A program made the translations under genes and the position numbers. A stretch of 64,000 nt of DNA from Schmidtea polychroa (lineage: Eukaryota), in contig CM097885.1 of the NCBI GenBank assembly GCA_044892525.1, forward strand, positions 50,904,001 to 50,968,000, read 5' to 3'. A model generated the notes under the pieces. It was not told the origin of the DNA. It made no database searches and saw only the letters and a program-made list of their open reading frames with translations. Below are positions 1-13,671 of the stretch, piece after piece (within the stretch, counting starts at the first letter, position 1; every line of letters starts with the position of its first letter).

Positions 1-797
1 CCCAACGCAATGATATTTATTCGAAATTACCACAATTACACTTTTTTTATCCACAACAATTTCATTTTGTACCTTTTCTAGTAACATTTTTTATTCTGAA
101 CAATTTTCAATATCACTTTTAGTCTGGTATAGGGATTGGTCTACCAATAGGAAATCTCCCTTTCTGTTACGCTTAGACTCAACTTGATTTAATTCCAATT
201 AGCTTTGAATTTACCAAGCTTCTTTTTTTTTCAATCAACTAACAGTTCTGTTGACCTAGTTGCTCTTTTTATACTCATCCTTTAATTAAATTCTTTCCCA
301 ATAATATTTATTTTGTCATTTTGGGCATCTTTCTCTCCAAGAATCCAAATGCTCACCTAATTTTGTTTTCAATTTGGAGCTTTTTGGTTTTTGGACAATT
401 CATTTATTTTTATGATAATTTTTCCCGAATTTATTTACAGTTGCGCTCTATATTCTCTCGGGTTTTCCCCATTCCCCAATTTGGCGCGACCTTATTAAAA
501 TTTTGTTGATCACTCGGATTTTCTTACACTGCTTGGGCTTTCCATTATATAATTAATTTTTAATAAATTTTAGTTTTTTGTAAATATTTCCTTCTGGCAT
601 CCCCTCCCCCACCTCATTGATTTTATTTTATTATATTTGGACTCGTCCCATTGTTTGGCATTCACCATACCGGGTTCCCACGGAAAATATTTATTTTTAA
701 TTTGTTTTGATTTTTAATTAATATTTTTTTATCATTGTGAATTTGATGTTTTTATTGATTTTCACTTTATTTTTGTGCATATTACATCGAACACCTA
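1..797 (-). mobile_element. Decayed solo-LTR remnant (same family as 35656-36409 and 36740-37399), truncated by the window start
   Basis: The reverse complement shares motifs with the solo LTRs, e.g. 'ggactcgtcccattgtttggcattcaccatacc' and 'attgtgaatttgatgtttttattgattttcac' match 37255-37365. The terminus is degenerate. Confidence 0.6.
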
Positions 798-2180
798 TGA
801 TGATTGAATTAAAGAAAATCGCGATTTAATTGCTGAGAATTAAAATTTATTTGAAATGAAGAAGATAATTGGTTTTTGCCACAATTTATTTAAATGTATT
901 CATAAAATAAAATAGAAATAAAACTCTTTTTCGATATTTATAATTAAGTATGTACCAAAAAAAATTTCTCCAAATACTCCAGATGCAACCGACATTTTAG
1001 ATAAAAATGATGAAGAACTTATAAGTCGTGGTCAAAAACCTTCGTATACCAAAATCTATGCAATTGCACGTAAATAAAAATGGTACATAACAGTAGTGGA
1101 ACTTGGTCCAAATTGTATTCAAATTGAATCCTTTACTCATGAGGAAGATCATATTAGCCAGAAATGACAAATATTTTGCTTTAAAATTAAAAGAATAATT
1201 TCAAATTATATTTAAATGTGAAAGTCAATGTTTGTTTATATCAATAGAATTGAATTTCAAATAAACATCTTCTCCATAGTTTTCAAAACCAAGAAAAAAT
1301 ATTTTCCATATATAATACCCAAGCATTATGTTCCGGGGATTTACTAATTAATTTTTATTGTTTATCAAGAAATTGCCGCTTAATATTATTTTTTTTGTTT
1401 TATCTATTTTTAATTTATTTTAATTTATTTCTTATCGTTATTTTATTTAGATAACACAAACAAACTGCACAAACTAAACAAATTTCGTCATATTAAATTC
1501 ACTTTATTTAAAACAAACAATAAACAATTTTATTGAAAAGTTTTCGAATTATTTAAATTAATAATTTAGTAAGACTAAAACAACTAATCTTTCAAAATTA
1601 GTTAATATATCACAGGTGAAACTTTGAAAATTGATTTTTTGTTTAATTTATAAATCTGTATTGTTTACTGTCGTTTTTGCATGGGAATAACAATTCCCAA
1701 ATGCAATTAAATATTCTCTAATTTGTACAGATAATTTTAATCTGGATAAATGGATAAATGCCAGTATTTTGCTGATAGGGAAAAATCATTTCACTTTCAA
1801 ATACTTAACGAATTACAGATTTTTTATGAAAATTTTAGTTGTGATTGAATTTTTAATATGATTTTTTACATACTCACCTGGTCACCGGCGGCGTAACAAT
1901 GGGGTAGCAAAAGAAAAATAATATTTCAAGGCCTTGAGATAAGAGAAGTTTTACAGAGATTTATTTTCATATCAAATTGCCAAATTCCCTTTGAAAAGAC
2001 CAAAAAGAAACTGCAAAATATATTTTATTATAAATATAAATGTAATATTTTTAAAAAATAAATAAACTAATTTTTAATTGTTTTTTTATGTCTTATACGG
2101 ATATATTCTTTACATTTATTTAAACTTACTCAAATCACGTACAAACGTATTTAATTCTTTTAAAATGTTAAGTTATTAAG

Positions 2181-2404
2181 CATAGGTGCTCGCAGAAAAT
2201 TTTCTAGGGGGTGCAAAATATTTTTTTAATAATGTAGTTTTAATTTACTGTAGCGTATTTGAACGGACAGGACATTGTAGTAATGAAGGACATACTGTAG
2301 CAACAAATTTTTAATAAATTTATGTTATAATTTTTTTATTATTTGACTATTTTCAATCAATCCAGGGGCAAGTGCCCATATACCCCTCCCCGCGGGTACT
2401 AATG
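2181..2404. mobile_element. hAT-type MITE
   Basis: Imperfect TIRs CATAGGTGCTCGC...GCGGGTACTAATG. Flanked by a near-identical 8-bp TSD (TTATTAAG / TTATCAAG). Confidence 0.6.
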
Positions 2405-2964
2405 TTATCAAGTATAAAAAATATCAAAATAAATGTTTGCTTTCAAGAATAAATTTTTTAGTCATACCAGTGCTGGTCACTCTGCTAACGAATAAATGAA
2501 AAATCTGTGCCAATTAAACTTTAATAAAAATTTGAAATAAAATGTAATTGTCTTTTAGAAACTAACCACTCGTTAAATGGAGGATTTTACTTTAAATCAG
2601 ACATAAATTATTGCAGGATTTTCATTATTTAGAATTGGTTACTTATACGGAAACAATAGTTGTAGTTGTATGTTTATTTTTAACAAAACTTATTGCTTAA
2701 CCTTTTGAGAACAGAATTAACAACTAATTTATTTTCTTAAAAGTATTTTTTTGAAGTTTTCATGCATTCAAGTCAAAGAGAAATTTCATTTATCTAACAA
2801 TAAAAAAATCTAATTAATTCAAAGTTATCCGTATTATTAAACTTTTTTTTATTGATGAAAATATTTTAGATAAATTTAATTACGTTGAGATTGTCAGTGA
2901 AATGTGAAATTTACAATCGTATTTCAAGTTTTGTTTCATTTTGATACTCTGCTATAGAATAGAC

Positions 2965-3231
2965 CAGGGGTGGGGAACCTTTTTATTTCCATAGGCCACA
3001 TTGAAATTTGTCGCCTTCAAATGAGGACACAGTCAAAAAGTATTTCGTTTATATTTCGTTCTTTGTACTCGGCGGGATGCTTGTACAGTACGGTATATAT
3101 GCAATTCAGTAGTTACAAGCATTTTTATTTGTAAATCCTCAAAATTCATGGTTTTTATATAAATTAAGATTTATTTTGATAAGGCTCCGGAGGCCGCATG
3201 CGGCCTAAAGGCCGCAGGTTCCCCACCCCTG
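2965..3231. mobile_element. hAT (Charlie/SPIN/Buster-type) MITE, 267 bp
   Basis: Perfect 16-bp TIR CAGGGGTGGGGAACCT. Perfect 8-bp TSD GAATAGAC (2957-2964 and 3232-3239). Confidence 0.92.
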
Positions 3232-6200
3232 GAATAGACCTTACAAATAATTATTTTATTTTTGGTTCCCATAGATTATTCACAATTTCTTTATTATCTC
3301 TAATAGCTGTCGAGATATGCAATTTTATTTGATTGTCTCTCTTTATATTTTTCCTATTTCATCCTTTATCTTGAACAACTTGTCAAGATGACAATCTTCT
3401 TTCTAAATTTGTCTTCGTTTTTCCTTTTCAAATTGTACTTGTTAATTAAGAACAGCATTGGCAATTTATTGTCATTATTATAATTATTTCATTGTTCATT
3501 TTTATTGATTTTGTCATTTTCTTCTTATTTTCAATTTCTTTTTGTCACACCTTTTTCTCAGAATTCTGGAACGATAAATCCTTTGTTTCATAGTTTTTTT
3601 CCAGTTTAACTCATTTAACTACTGAAGCACTCCAGAAATAATTTTTTGATTTATAGTTAACAGGAATTAACAATTATCATTTTTATCCGCAACTTGTATT
3701 ATTGAGTGTTTTTGTATTTTTCTTTTATCACAAATAATTCTTTAACAAATCATTTGAATATTAAATTAAAAACAATTTTCCCAAAAAATTTTAAATATTT
3801 AAAAATTGTTTACATTTCCTATTGAATTGCTAAACTGACATTGGAAAAATTGTTAAAATTGAGTGATATGTAATTAAATTATTTTATGACAATCTTGAAA
3901 ATCCCAAGAGGATCTTTTAAACTCTAAAGCTGTATTGACATTGCGTTTATTAATGATAAATAATTAAAGTTTTAACAACTAACCAGTCCTTCAATGATAA
4001 TTAAAAAAATGATAATAATAATAAAATTCAAAATTTTTTGTAATAATAATGTACAAAACACCAAAACCGGAGCTTGTAGATGTTACAAACATAACTTAAT
4101 AATGACGATATATATCCACTTGATAACGCAAAGCCGAAAATTTATATTGTATAGAAAATTAATTTTTGATCTTTTGACATAATGAAAATAAATGAAATAA
4201 ATGAGTTATGACATTGCATCAAATATGTCCGACAAGAGACTTCACTTATCTTATTCAATGTGCGAGTTTCTCGAGGAATATTTTTTTATTTGTTTTAATG
4301 AGTCACCTAACAAAAGCATATACATACGTTCAATAACTAATGAATAAATTTTTAAAACCTATGTGAAAATTTTAATAAAAATGAATAATTGAATAAGAAA
4401 TTAATTCTACTTACAATTGTAATTAATTAATTTATAATAAAAATAAATAAGTTTTTGACAAAAACTTTGTAGCATTTAATATAAATCAAATTTGTATATT
4501 ACAATGCCCATTCAGGTTGGTTAACAATATATTGTGCTCCTTCAAGTTTTGAATTTATTCTTGCAACCTGGAAAGAAAATTTCCAATTACTTCATTAAGC
4601 TTCAAAAGTACTAATGAATTTCAAGAAATGGAAAAACTGTTGGATGTCTTTTTTTCATTTAAAAGCTCATCCAGACAACGCACGGACAACTCAAACATAT
4701 TAAAGATGTAGACGTGGACATGCATCACATGGAAAAGTTTAATAAAATGTAATAATGTATTTTTATCAGAGGTGATAACACCAAAGTGTACAAAAATCAA
4801 AATCATTAATTAATAAATTAATTAAGAAAAAAGCTCAATTTGCCAAATAAATATAATATTTTGTATCCAATAAAAGAAACAGATTATTTTGCCTGAAGTT
4901 ATATTACGTAAATTAAAAACTATTAGTTATTAATTTTTAATTAAAAAATCTTGTATAAATAGGCATTATAAGACAGTTTTAATGAGACGCAGAAAAATAA
5001 TAATTATGAAAATAATAATTATGACAGAAAATTTAGAAAATGAAGCCGCCATAAAATAATTGTAAGACGAAATATTAATGATTAAATATAAGTACTTTTC
5101 AGTCGCATAGGCAAGATTTTTCAAATATTATTCTACTAGATTAAGATTTTCCTTTCGTAACTCAATATTGGAATCAAAAACTTGATCTATACATTGTAAT
5201 GTTACATTAAAATCTACTTATTGCATGGCGCATAACAGTTGCGAAACTTGAGAAGAATTGTCACAGTCATCCCACTTTTAGATGTTCTGCAATCCATGTC
5301 AAACTACATTATACAGATGTTTGAATGTAGATCTTCATATACCATAACAAGTTCATAATAAAAGAACACAGAATTTACTGAAAGCTCCATGTTCACAGTC
5401 AATAGTACCGACATGACCACCGTAAAAACAATTTCAACTGGAATCACAATTTCCTCGTACCTACAGTAAGAAATTCATGAGAGTAATCTGGTATCCACAC
5501 ATTTTCTACAATTTTCAATTACTTTTCAATTGGGACATTAACGTTTCTTTATTTTTTTAATTGATAAAACAAGTTTTTGGTCCAATGATTCTGCAACGTG
5601 TAAAACAATATATTCGACATTTAGAAATTTAATCTTAAACGTTTTCCTTTTATTCTAAGAATATTATCCCAAATATATGAATTGACATCCTCTGATTCCT
5701 TAAATTATTTTTACAAATATGAAAGTTATGTCAAAAAAACTTTCAATAATTTCCCTTTGGTTCATTTATTCTATTTTTAAAGACACGTTTATGATTTTAG
5801 TAAAACAAGTATTTATGTATAAACCATAATGACAACAATTAAAATATTTGTCGAAAAGTAAGTACTATTATATATAATTTAGATACAATTTCAAGGAATC
5901 TGTGGATGATTAATCGTTTCCAGCCGGTATTCAAAGAAAACTAGATTTGGTAAAAGAAACCAGAGTTATCAAAGTAAAAGTGCGTGCCCAATGAAAAGAA
6001 AAGTGTTAAAGAGAAATTATATCGGAGTCATTTTAAGAATATTGATGAATTATGTTACATTTTTTATACAAACTATGTTATTTGTTGAGTTTTGTTTTGA
6101 TTAAAGGTGCGCATGGAGTCAGATTCAAAGCAAAAAAAAACTCCCCTTCCTACTGCTTAAGGATAATAGACATGATAATATGTAGTATTATAATGCTACG

Positions 6201-6596
6201 TCAGTCTTAATCGGATTATTACTGATTCTCGACTGAAAAGCATTGATATATTGAGACTATTACAAAATTACCTTTTAATATTTTAAAATCATGAAAATAT
6301 TCAGTTTATTACTTTCGACAAGTTTAATAATACAACAATGAAATTTATAATTTTAATTTTTAACATATAGAGTACGTAATAATAAAAGTAATTAATTACT
6401 TGATATATGTATGAGTGTGTCTGTTTTTACATGACTGAAGCTTTGAATAATCACATCTTATTTTTCACAATTATTATTACATAACAGTCTCTAATATCCT
6501 AAATATTAACATTTATGATTATGATGTAATGAAATAGAATTTTATAACTCAATTTTTATATTATACAATATACCTCAAAGGTGATAAGTAGTATTT

Positions 6597-7712
6597 GGTC
6601 ATCCAATAATAGGCTTTCATTGCATTATTCATCAGCAAGTTCTTTGTGCAAAATTCGGAACTAGCGATTTCAAAGAAATATCAGAACAAGTTAATAAAAT
6701 CATAAATTTTGTAGTTGCACGCGACATGCATAAAAGACAATTTAAAAAACTTTTAAATGATATGGATTGCGAATACGATACTCTCTTAATGTGCAATAGT
6801 GTACGTTGGCTAAGTCGAGCGACATCCTTAGAACGATTTGTGAATTGCTTGGAAGAAATTCGACTTTTTTTACACGAATTCGACAGGGATCGTTTTAAAG
6901 AATTATATGATACAGAATGGTTAACAAAATTAATGTTTTTTACCGACGTAACATTACATTTAAACGTTCTTAATAAAAAATTGCAAGGACGAGGAAAAAC
7001 AATTGAAGTTATGTTTGGATTGATAAAGGGGTTTGAAATTAAATTAGATATTTTTGCTAGAGATATCGCATCTGGAAAACATAATAATTTTCCGAAACTT
7101 AAAAGTTTTTTAAATGAATCTACAATTTTCAAAAAAACTAATTGGAATTTTAATTACGAATTTTCTAAAGTTCTTGAAACTATAAAAGAACAATTTTCAA
7201 ATCGATTTAAAGATTTTAAAAGAATTGATAGGCTGTTGAAAATTGTAAATTATCCGGACTTATTCGATATACAGGATTTCGATAACAACCTTATTAATTG
7301 GATGAAATTAGAAAATTTAGAAATGCAGACAGTAGATTTGCAATCTAATCCTATTTGGACACAAAAATTTGTGAATATGCGAAAAAATATAGAAGAATTG
7401 GAATATCATCGATTGTCACAGGATGGAGAGTCGGAATGCCGCATTGAAAACTTGATATTGGAAGTGTGGAATAGTATGCCAGAAGCATTTGCTTCTGTAA
7501 AAAAATTAGCAATCGCAATGTTAACCATTTTCGCATCCACTTATTACTGTGAGAGTCTTTTTTCTGTACTTAATCATGTACTATCAAAGACAAGAAACAG
7601 ATTAACAGAAGAAGACTCAGCAGCTTGTATTACCTTACAATCGACAACATACCATCCTGATATTAAAAACCTTGCAAGTAATATGAAGCAAAAAACTTCT
7701 AACAAAATTTAA
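6597..7712 (+). pseudogene. 5'-truncated hAT transposase (Buster/SPIN, GTF2IRD2/EPM2AIP1-like), C-terminal ~370 aa still open
   Basis: In-frame FHCIIHQQVLCAK (CxxH) upstream of ORF 6726, VRWLSR, FFTDVTLHLNVLNKKLQG, and the STYYCESLFS dimerisation domain. A degenerate right terminus ends near 7969. Confidence 0.88.
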
Positions 7713-7977
7713 GAATTTTTTATTAAATTTATTATTAAACTTTATAATTTTTTTTACTATTTCTTTATATTGAATAAATATTATCACATGAACTCAAATA
7801 TTGAAATTTATTTCTGTTTTCTTGTGAATAAAAAAATGAATAAAAAAATGAATAAAAAATGTATATATAGGTACATATAACAAATAAAAGTTACGAGGGC
7901 ACGCGAAAAAAATTGAATTTAAATTTAGTTTATTTTGGCACTTTGATAAAAACCTATTTGCTATCTCTGATTTATAT

Positions 7978-10140
7978 CAAGGGTGTCCAACAAGTTTGAC
8001 CTTTTAGGCCATATAAAATTTTGTCAAAAAGAAATGGGGCACATAAACACGAATATATTTTGGAAACCTTTATTATCATTATTTTGTAACTTTGATTACA
8101 ACGATAAAATCTGGATTTTAAAAAAACACCATAATAATTAATAATTACAATATTTATTGTCAAAAAAAATTGCGTACTTCAATTTAATTTTTAATGTACA
8201 CTCTGACAGACTTTTTTGAAATCAATAAATCAATGTCAGGTATGATGGAGCTTGTAGCAATTCTTAAAGAATTTTCTAGATGTTCATTAGATAGGCTTGT
8301 TCTTAATTTTCCCTTCGTAAATTTCATCCTCAAAAATATTTTTCTTTATTCTGTGGTTTGTGCTATACGAGATTTTCAGAATGTACATATTTTTTTGCTG
8401 CAATTTGCGCTTGCCATAACTTCAATTTTGTTTCAAATGCTATTATATTTTAAAACATTGTAACAAATTCTTTTGTATCTTAACCAATGTTTTTCCAATG
8501 AATTTTCAGTCGGTATTTATACTGATTTTAGTTATCCGCCTACGCATTTGCTGCCACTCTATCCAATTGGAATGCGTGTAATATTGATTTACTAATCACA
8601 CACACACGAGTACATGCATTTCTCATTTAGACAATCGAATTATTTTATAATTTAATTTTTTAATTCATCAATTTTAAAGGAAATTTTTATTTTTATTTAT
8701 TTATTTATTTTATTATTATTATTACTATTATTATTATTATTATTTATTTTTTTTAAATAAATTTTCCTGATCTCTTTCTTAAATTCTGCACTCTTTGCCA
8801 TAGCACATTCGTATGTAAATACGAGCCATAAAATCCATAATTAATTTTATTATGGTCCTTTGTATCATTTTTAATTTTTTATATTATCAATTATTTATTA
8901 TTTTTTTATTTTCTAGTTGTTAGATTTTTCAAATGCGTTATTGATTGAAAATTCTTGCGTTCCATGATTTTATTATATGTGTTTTATTTATTCTCAAAGT
9001 GTTGTGTACCTTACTTTGTATTATTTGGTGTATAATCATAGATTTTAATTCATTTTTATGCTATGTATTTCCGACTCATAAAAACAAGCTCTGAATTTTT
9101 GACTCTAGTCCAACATATTAATTAACTGATTTTCGCCTTCTAGGCGGAGGTTCAAAACATTTAAATGTGATGTTATGTCCACTAAGAAGGCTAAATCTGC
9201 TAACCACAATTCATCATCAAATTCAGGTATAGATTTTGTTTTTGAATTCATAAATAATTTGATTTTGTCCAATAATTCATAAAATCTTTTTAACATTTTG
9301 CACCGGCTTCCATGCTTTTGAAAAATTCTTGAAATTGCCGGTGTTTTAATTCCTTAGCTTTAATGAAATTTACAGTTTTCACTACAATTTGCATTAAATT
9401 TACTATTTTTAAAGACCTTGCACATAAATTTTCTTGGGGTACAATACAATGATATTTCATTTGATTTAAATTCTTAACAGCAATCGCATCATTTTCTATT
9501 ATTTTGACAAGACCTTCCTTTTTTCCAACCCTCGCTGGGACAGGTTGGTAAAGTTTAAAGAAAATCCTGTTAACGTTTTTGTTACTGCCTCGTTCAAATC
9601 TGTTGACATTGGTATGTCTTTTAATGTTACTAAGGAAGCCGAATCTTCTTTGATATTATATTCATTGTCAATAACTCTAATAAATATAGCAACCTGAGCA
9701 GTATTACTGAGATCAGTACTTTCATCTATGCTAAAGAATAATATTTAAAAATACCAGATCTATTTTCCAACACGTTTCAATGGATTTTACTTAGTCCACA
9801 TATTTGCTTACAGATAACTGGCTTTCATGACAAAATCATTTTAAGTGGCAATTCTCTTAAAACATGTTTGTTGAGAACAGAGACTTTCCTTCAGTTCAAC
9901 TATTTTATCTTTGCGATGCATTCCATTGTAAGCATCATTCGTCGAAGGATGTTTTTGAAAATAATACCGTTTTAAATTATAATCTTTAAAAACCGCTACG
10001 GCATCTCGACAAATTAAACGAAGCACCTTATTTTTTGACTCGATAAAAAATAAAGCTCAGTCCAGTTTGTATTGAATAATCTTCTCTCTTCAGCAAATTT
10101 TTGTTTTTTATTTTCTATCATAAATATTATCTGAACCATG
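7978..10140 (-). mobile_element. Decayed SPIN/GTF2IRD2-like hAT transposon, convergent with the previous element
   Basis: Minus-strand fragments: LICRDAVAVFKDYNLKRYY (BED-like N-terminus), WLADLAFLVDITSHLNVLNLRLEG, and C-terminal MKFTKGKLRTSLSNEHLENSLRIATSSIIPDI (~8200-8330). Terminus CAAGGGTGTCCAAC at 7978. Many frameshifts. Confidence 0.8.
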
Positions 10141-10751
10141 CCAAATTCAAATTCATTTTTATTTGAAATTAAATTATTCATTTTTGAAATTTACATAAAA
10201 ATTAAAATACTATTTGAAATTTAGTGAATTCATATATTTATTGTGAATAATCTAAATAAATTAAAATAATAATTTTGTATCATAATAACAATAATATAAA
10301 AAATTATATATTAAAATACTAGTAATTTATACAGTTTATTATAAATATATAATTCAGCTGATATTTTGGACTCAATTGAAAATCTAATTTTATTGTAAAC
10401 TTTATAATATAACTTCATTTTTAATTTATTTATTTTCAAATTTTGTAAATAATTAATGTATTATAATACCCAATTTTTGTGAAAATATTTAGAAAAAACA
10501 CTATTGAAAAACTTATGGCGATTTAACTAAATATCATGGGATATCAAGAGGAGCAGTTATGGACACGAAACAAGGAAAAATTATGTTCAAAGAAAAAATT
10601 ACAAATAATGTTTTCAAAAAGTTTGGCTTCTATAATAATATTAATAAAAATATTATATTATGAATAATTGTTTATATTAAAATTATTTATAAAAAATTAT
10701 TCGAATAAATAGATAGGGTAGTTCACATTTTTGGTTCTTTTATTGTTCATT

Positions 10752-10754
<3 letters not shown>

Positions 10755-10824
<70 letters not shown>
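10755..10824. repeat. (TAT)n microsatellite
   Basis: Perfect trinucleotide run. Confidence 0.95.
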
Positions 10825-10826
<2 letters not shown>

Positions 10827-10882
10827 TTCGGGGAAATTATGGGGGAAATATTCTTCAAAAAATAAAATTCTTGGTATTAAAA

Positions 10883-11041
10883 ATGTATTTTTGCAAACCT
10901 TGTGAAAAATCACACAAAGCGAAAATTGTTCATAAAACAATAAGTGGTAGGGATCTACAACAAATGAATTCTAAATTACCAGAATTTCCATTTGTTGAAT
11001 ATAAAGGAGAACATCATCTTCCAAAATATAATTATGTGGGT
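10883..11041 (+). pseudogene. 5' exon of a viral-type phospholipase A2 (parvovirus VP1u / Maverick-adintovirus PLA2-like), interrupted by a group I intron
   Basis: SKLPEFPFVEYKGEHHLPKYNYVG matches the HLPxYNYxGPG Ca2+-loop motif and breaks off exactly before the Pro. Confidence 0.65.
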
Positions 11042-12201
11042 CAAATGGGTTCAAGTGTGTTTTATAAAAGCACATCCTAGTGTTTGCTAAATTCATAATA
11101 AAATAATGTTTTTAAAAAATGTCTTTTAAAATATGTACTAAATGTATTATTGAAAAATCAGATGAATTTTTTAAAATTATTAAAAGAAAAAGAAATTCTT
11201 ATTTTGTTGGCATGTGTAAAAAATTTGAAAGTATAGAAAATAAGTTAAGAGAAGAAAAGTATAAGACCAGCGTTTGTTAGAAATGAAAAATCTGAAAATT
11301 GTTTTATCAAAAAATGTTTGCACAAAATGTAATAGTGAAAAAACAACAAAGGAATTTAGAACTAGATTAAAGAGAGATTACTATGTTTATAACTCATAGT
11401 GTACAAAATGTGAACAAAAATTCATCATCCAAGATGTTATCTATCTTGCAAACAGAAAATAATAGAATATCGGAAAAATTATTCACAAAATAATAAAGAA
11501 AAAATTAATAAGAATGCTAAAAATCGATATGCAGAAAATCGAAAAGTTAAATTAACTAATAATTTATATGGAGGTATTAGAAGAGTGTTAAAACAGAAAA
11601 AAAGTCAAACATTAATAAAATAATTAGGATGTTCAATAGATAATTTTTATCTATGGATTGAATTTCAATTTTATGATTGCATGAATTGGGAAAATCAAGG
11701 ATGTATATGGCACATAGATCACACATTACCAATTTCTAGTTCAACGATCAAGAACAAATAAAAATATTAAAAAGCTTGACTATAATCACTTAAAAAATTT
11801 TAAAATATCATCGATATATTTACTGATTCATAGTCAAACCTTTTAATAAATACAATGTCAATTGAAAAGAAATCAGTGGTAAAAATAAAAAAATGTTTTA
11901 ATTGGGTAAATTTAAGACCTTTAAAAGCAGAAAAGAATTTATCAAAATGAATAAAAGAATTTTAAAAGAATATTTGTTTCAAGAAATTAAAGCTTATTAT
12001 TTTATGAATTTAGCAAATGCAACACCTTCAAATTGTGGGAAACTCCTAAAGTCTTCATCTACCACTTTATTAGAGAAATTTAAGGAAGGAACTCGGGTAA
12101 TGACCAATCTTAATGTTAAAAAGATGAGGAATAAATGGAAAATCCGCAGCAGTCTCCTAAATTCATTATGATTAGAATATGAAGATTGTTCAGAAACTAA
12201 A
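11042..12201 (+). ncRNA. Group I intron (subgroup IC1) remnant, 3'-truncated
   Basis: P1 with U-G at the 5' splice site (11037-11053). P2 hairpin 11055-11075, then CTAGT. P2.1 stem 11083-11098 pairs perfectly with 12002-12017. P element GCAACACCTTCAAATTGTGGGAA (~12019-12041), P5abc with GGGTAATGACC, Q AATCCGCAGC (12141-12150), R GTTCAGAAACTAAA (12188-12201). The S element is missing. Confidence 0.85.
11283..12171 (+). pseudogene. HNH/EndoVII-like homing endonuclease within the intron P2.1 loop (decayed)
   Basis: N-terminal CTKC...CTKC zinc finger, LGCSIDNFYLWIEFQFYDCMNWENQGCIWHIDHTLPISS, and CFNWVNLRPLKAEKNLSK, as in giant-virus/phage HNH endonucleases. Contains stops and frameshifts. Confidence 0.8.
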
Positions 12202-12310
12202 CTTTATAATAATTCTTCAGTTAAACCAGAATTCTTAAACTTTATATAAACTTTATCAAAATCCTTTTCAAATTATTTATAAAATAAAAATAAATAATAA
12301 TAATAATAAC

Positions 12311-12363
<53 letters not shown>

Positions 12364-12662
12364 TAATAATAATTACTTAAATAAACACGGTAAAGATTTT
12401 ATTAATAAAAATCGTCATTCGTACATCTTTGTCACTATATATTTTGATAGCATCACTATCATCATCAGGTTACCTACATTCACTACGGATGAATAACTAT
12501 ACAATATTGATAATTTATAAACAAATTATAAAATCTATAAATTTTTAAATTATAAATAACAATTTTAAATAATTATTTTTAAAAATAATTTTCAACAATC
12601 AATTATTTTAAACTTTTAAAATTCTTTAAAAAAATATTTTTAATTATTTAACATAACTATTA

Positions 12663-12970
12663 CTCTCTCTGTCCAAAAATGATAGTCCAGTTTGACTTTA
12701 AATCGTAATTTCTTTAACCCTTTCATTCAGGAATTAATTCTGTGGGTAAATTAATTATCTAGACCATCAAACCTAGTAAGGGGACTCAAATTACGCAACA
12801 GTGATTACGTAACAGTTTTGTTATTTGTTCAATCAATAAAATAAAATTATTTAATGTGTTTTTACTGTAAAAGGTTTTACAAAACCGTTCAATTTTTATA
12901 TTCTCTATTGAAAATCATTTTGGGAAAAAGGCTAAAATGCAACTGGACTATCATTTTTGGACAGAGGTAG
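12663..12970. mobile_element. Tc1/mariner-type (Stowaway-like) MITE inserted in the 3' end of a Penelope element
   Basis: ~30-bp TIR CT(CT/AC)CTCTGTCCAAAAATGATAGTCCAGTT with TA on both sides. Confidence 0.85.
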
Positions 12971-12998
12971 TATTCAATATACATCAACATACAAAAGC

Positions 12999-13589
12999 TT
13001 AATTAAAAACATTCAACACACATGTATTCACTGCATTCTGCACATTGATTTTAAGATTAAAAGTTCTTATCAATAATGCTTCACATATCACACGCTCAAA
13101 ACAATTATCAAAATATTTTGATAAGATTTTAACATCAAACATTCCTAATTCTCTCACACAGACTTTATTATGATCCTTAATATTGGACACTCCCTTCGGT
13201 CGACAGTGTTCTTGAACTCCAATACAGAGATGACGGGAAGTCTCTCCAATGTATGTGGCATTACACCCATTACACGTGAATTGATAAACGAGATCCGAAC
13301 ACAATCCATCCGGCGTTTGAGATTTACTAACAAACATACTACGTAATTTGCACGATTTTGAAACAATTCTATAATTCAATTTACCCAGGTGTTTAACTAT
13401 CTTTCTTTTGAAATCTTTATATACTGCAATATACGGCAATACCATCGTATATTTTAGCTCATCTTGTTTGTTAGTATCAATACTCATATTCACTACATCA
13501 TTCGACATATAAGTTAATTTACATTCATTCATACTACGATCCTTAGCATTATTCATACATTTATCAACCGTCTCTTTCAACGTTAACAA
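12999..13589 (-). pseudogene. Penelope-like element, 5'-truncated; C-terminal GIY-YIG endonuclease
   Basis: LVYQFTCNGCNATYIGETSRHL...EH, EALLI. A degenerate hammerhead (CTGATGA...AAAA) lies downstream at ~12435-12470 on the minus strand. Paralogue of 43363-43839. Confidence 0.88.
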
Positions 13590-13597
13590 TAAAAACG

Positions 13598-13671
<74 letters not shown>

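Noticed and set aside
820..1170. Coding-like stretch (PDATDILDKNDEELISRGQKPSYTKIYAIARK)
   Set aside because: Interrupted by stops, with no family I can recognise.
5215..5460. Minus-strand Cys-rich exon-like segment (CDSS*NCFYGG...CEHGAFSKFC) resembling EGF repeats
   Set aside because: Multiple stops and no linked exons. It may be a decayed gene fragment, but I cannot support a call.
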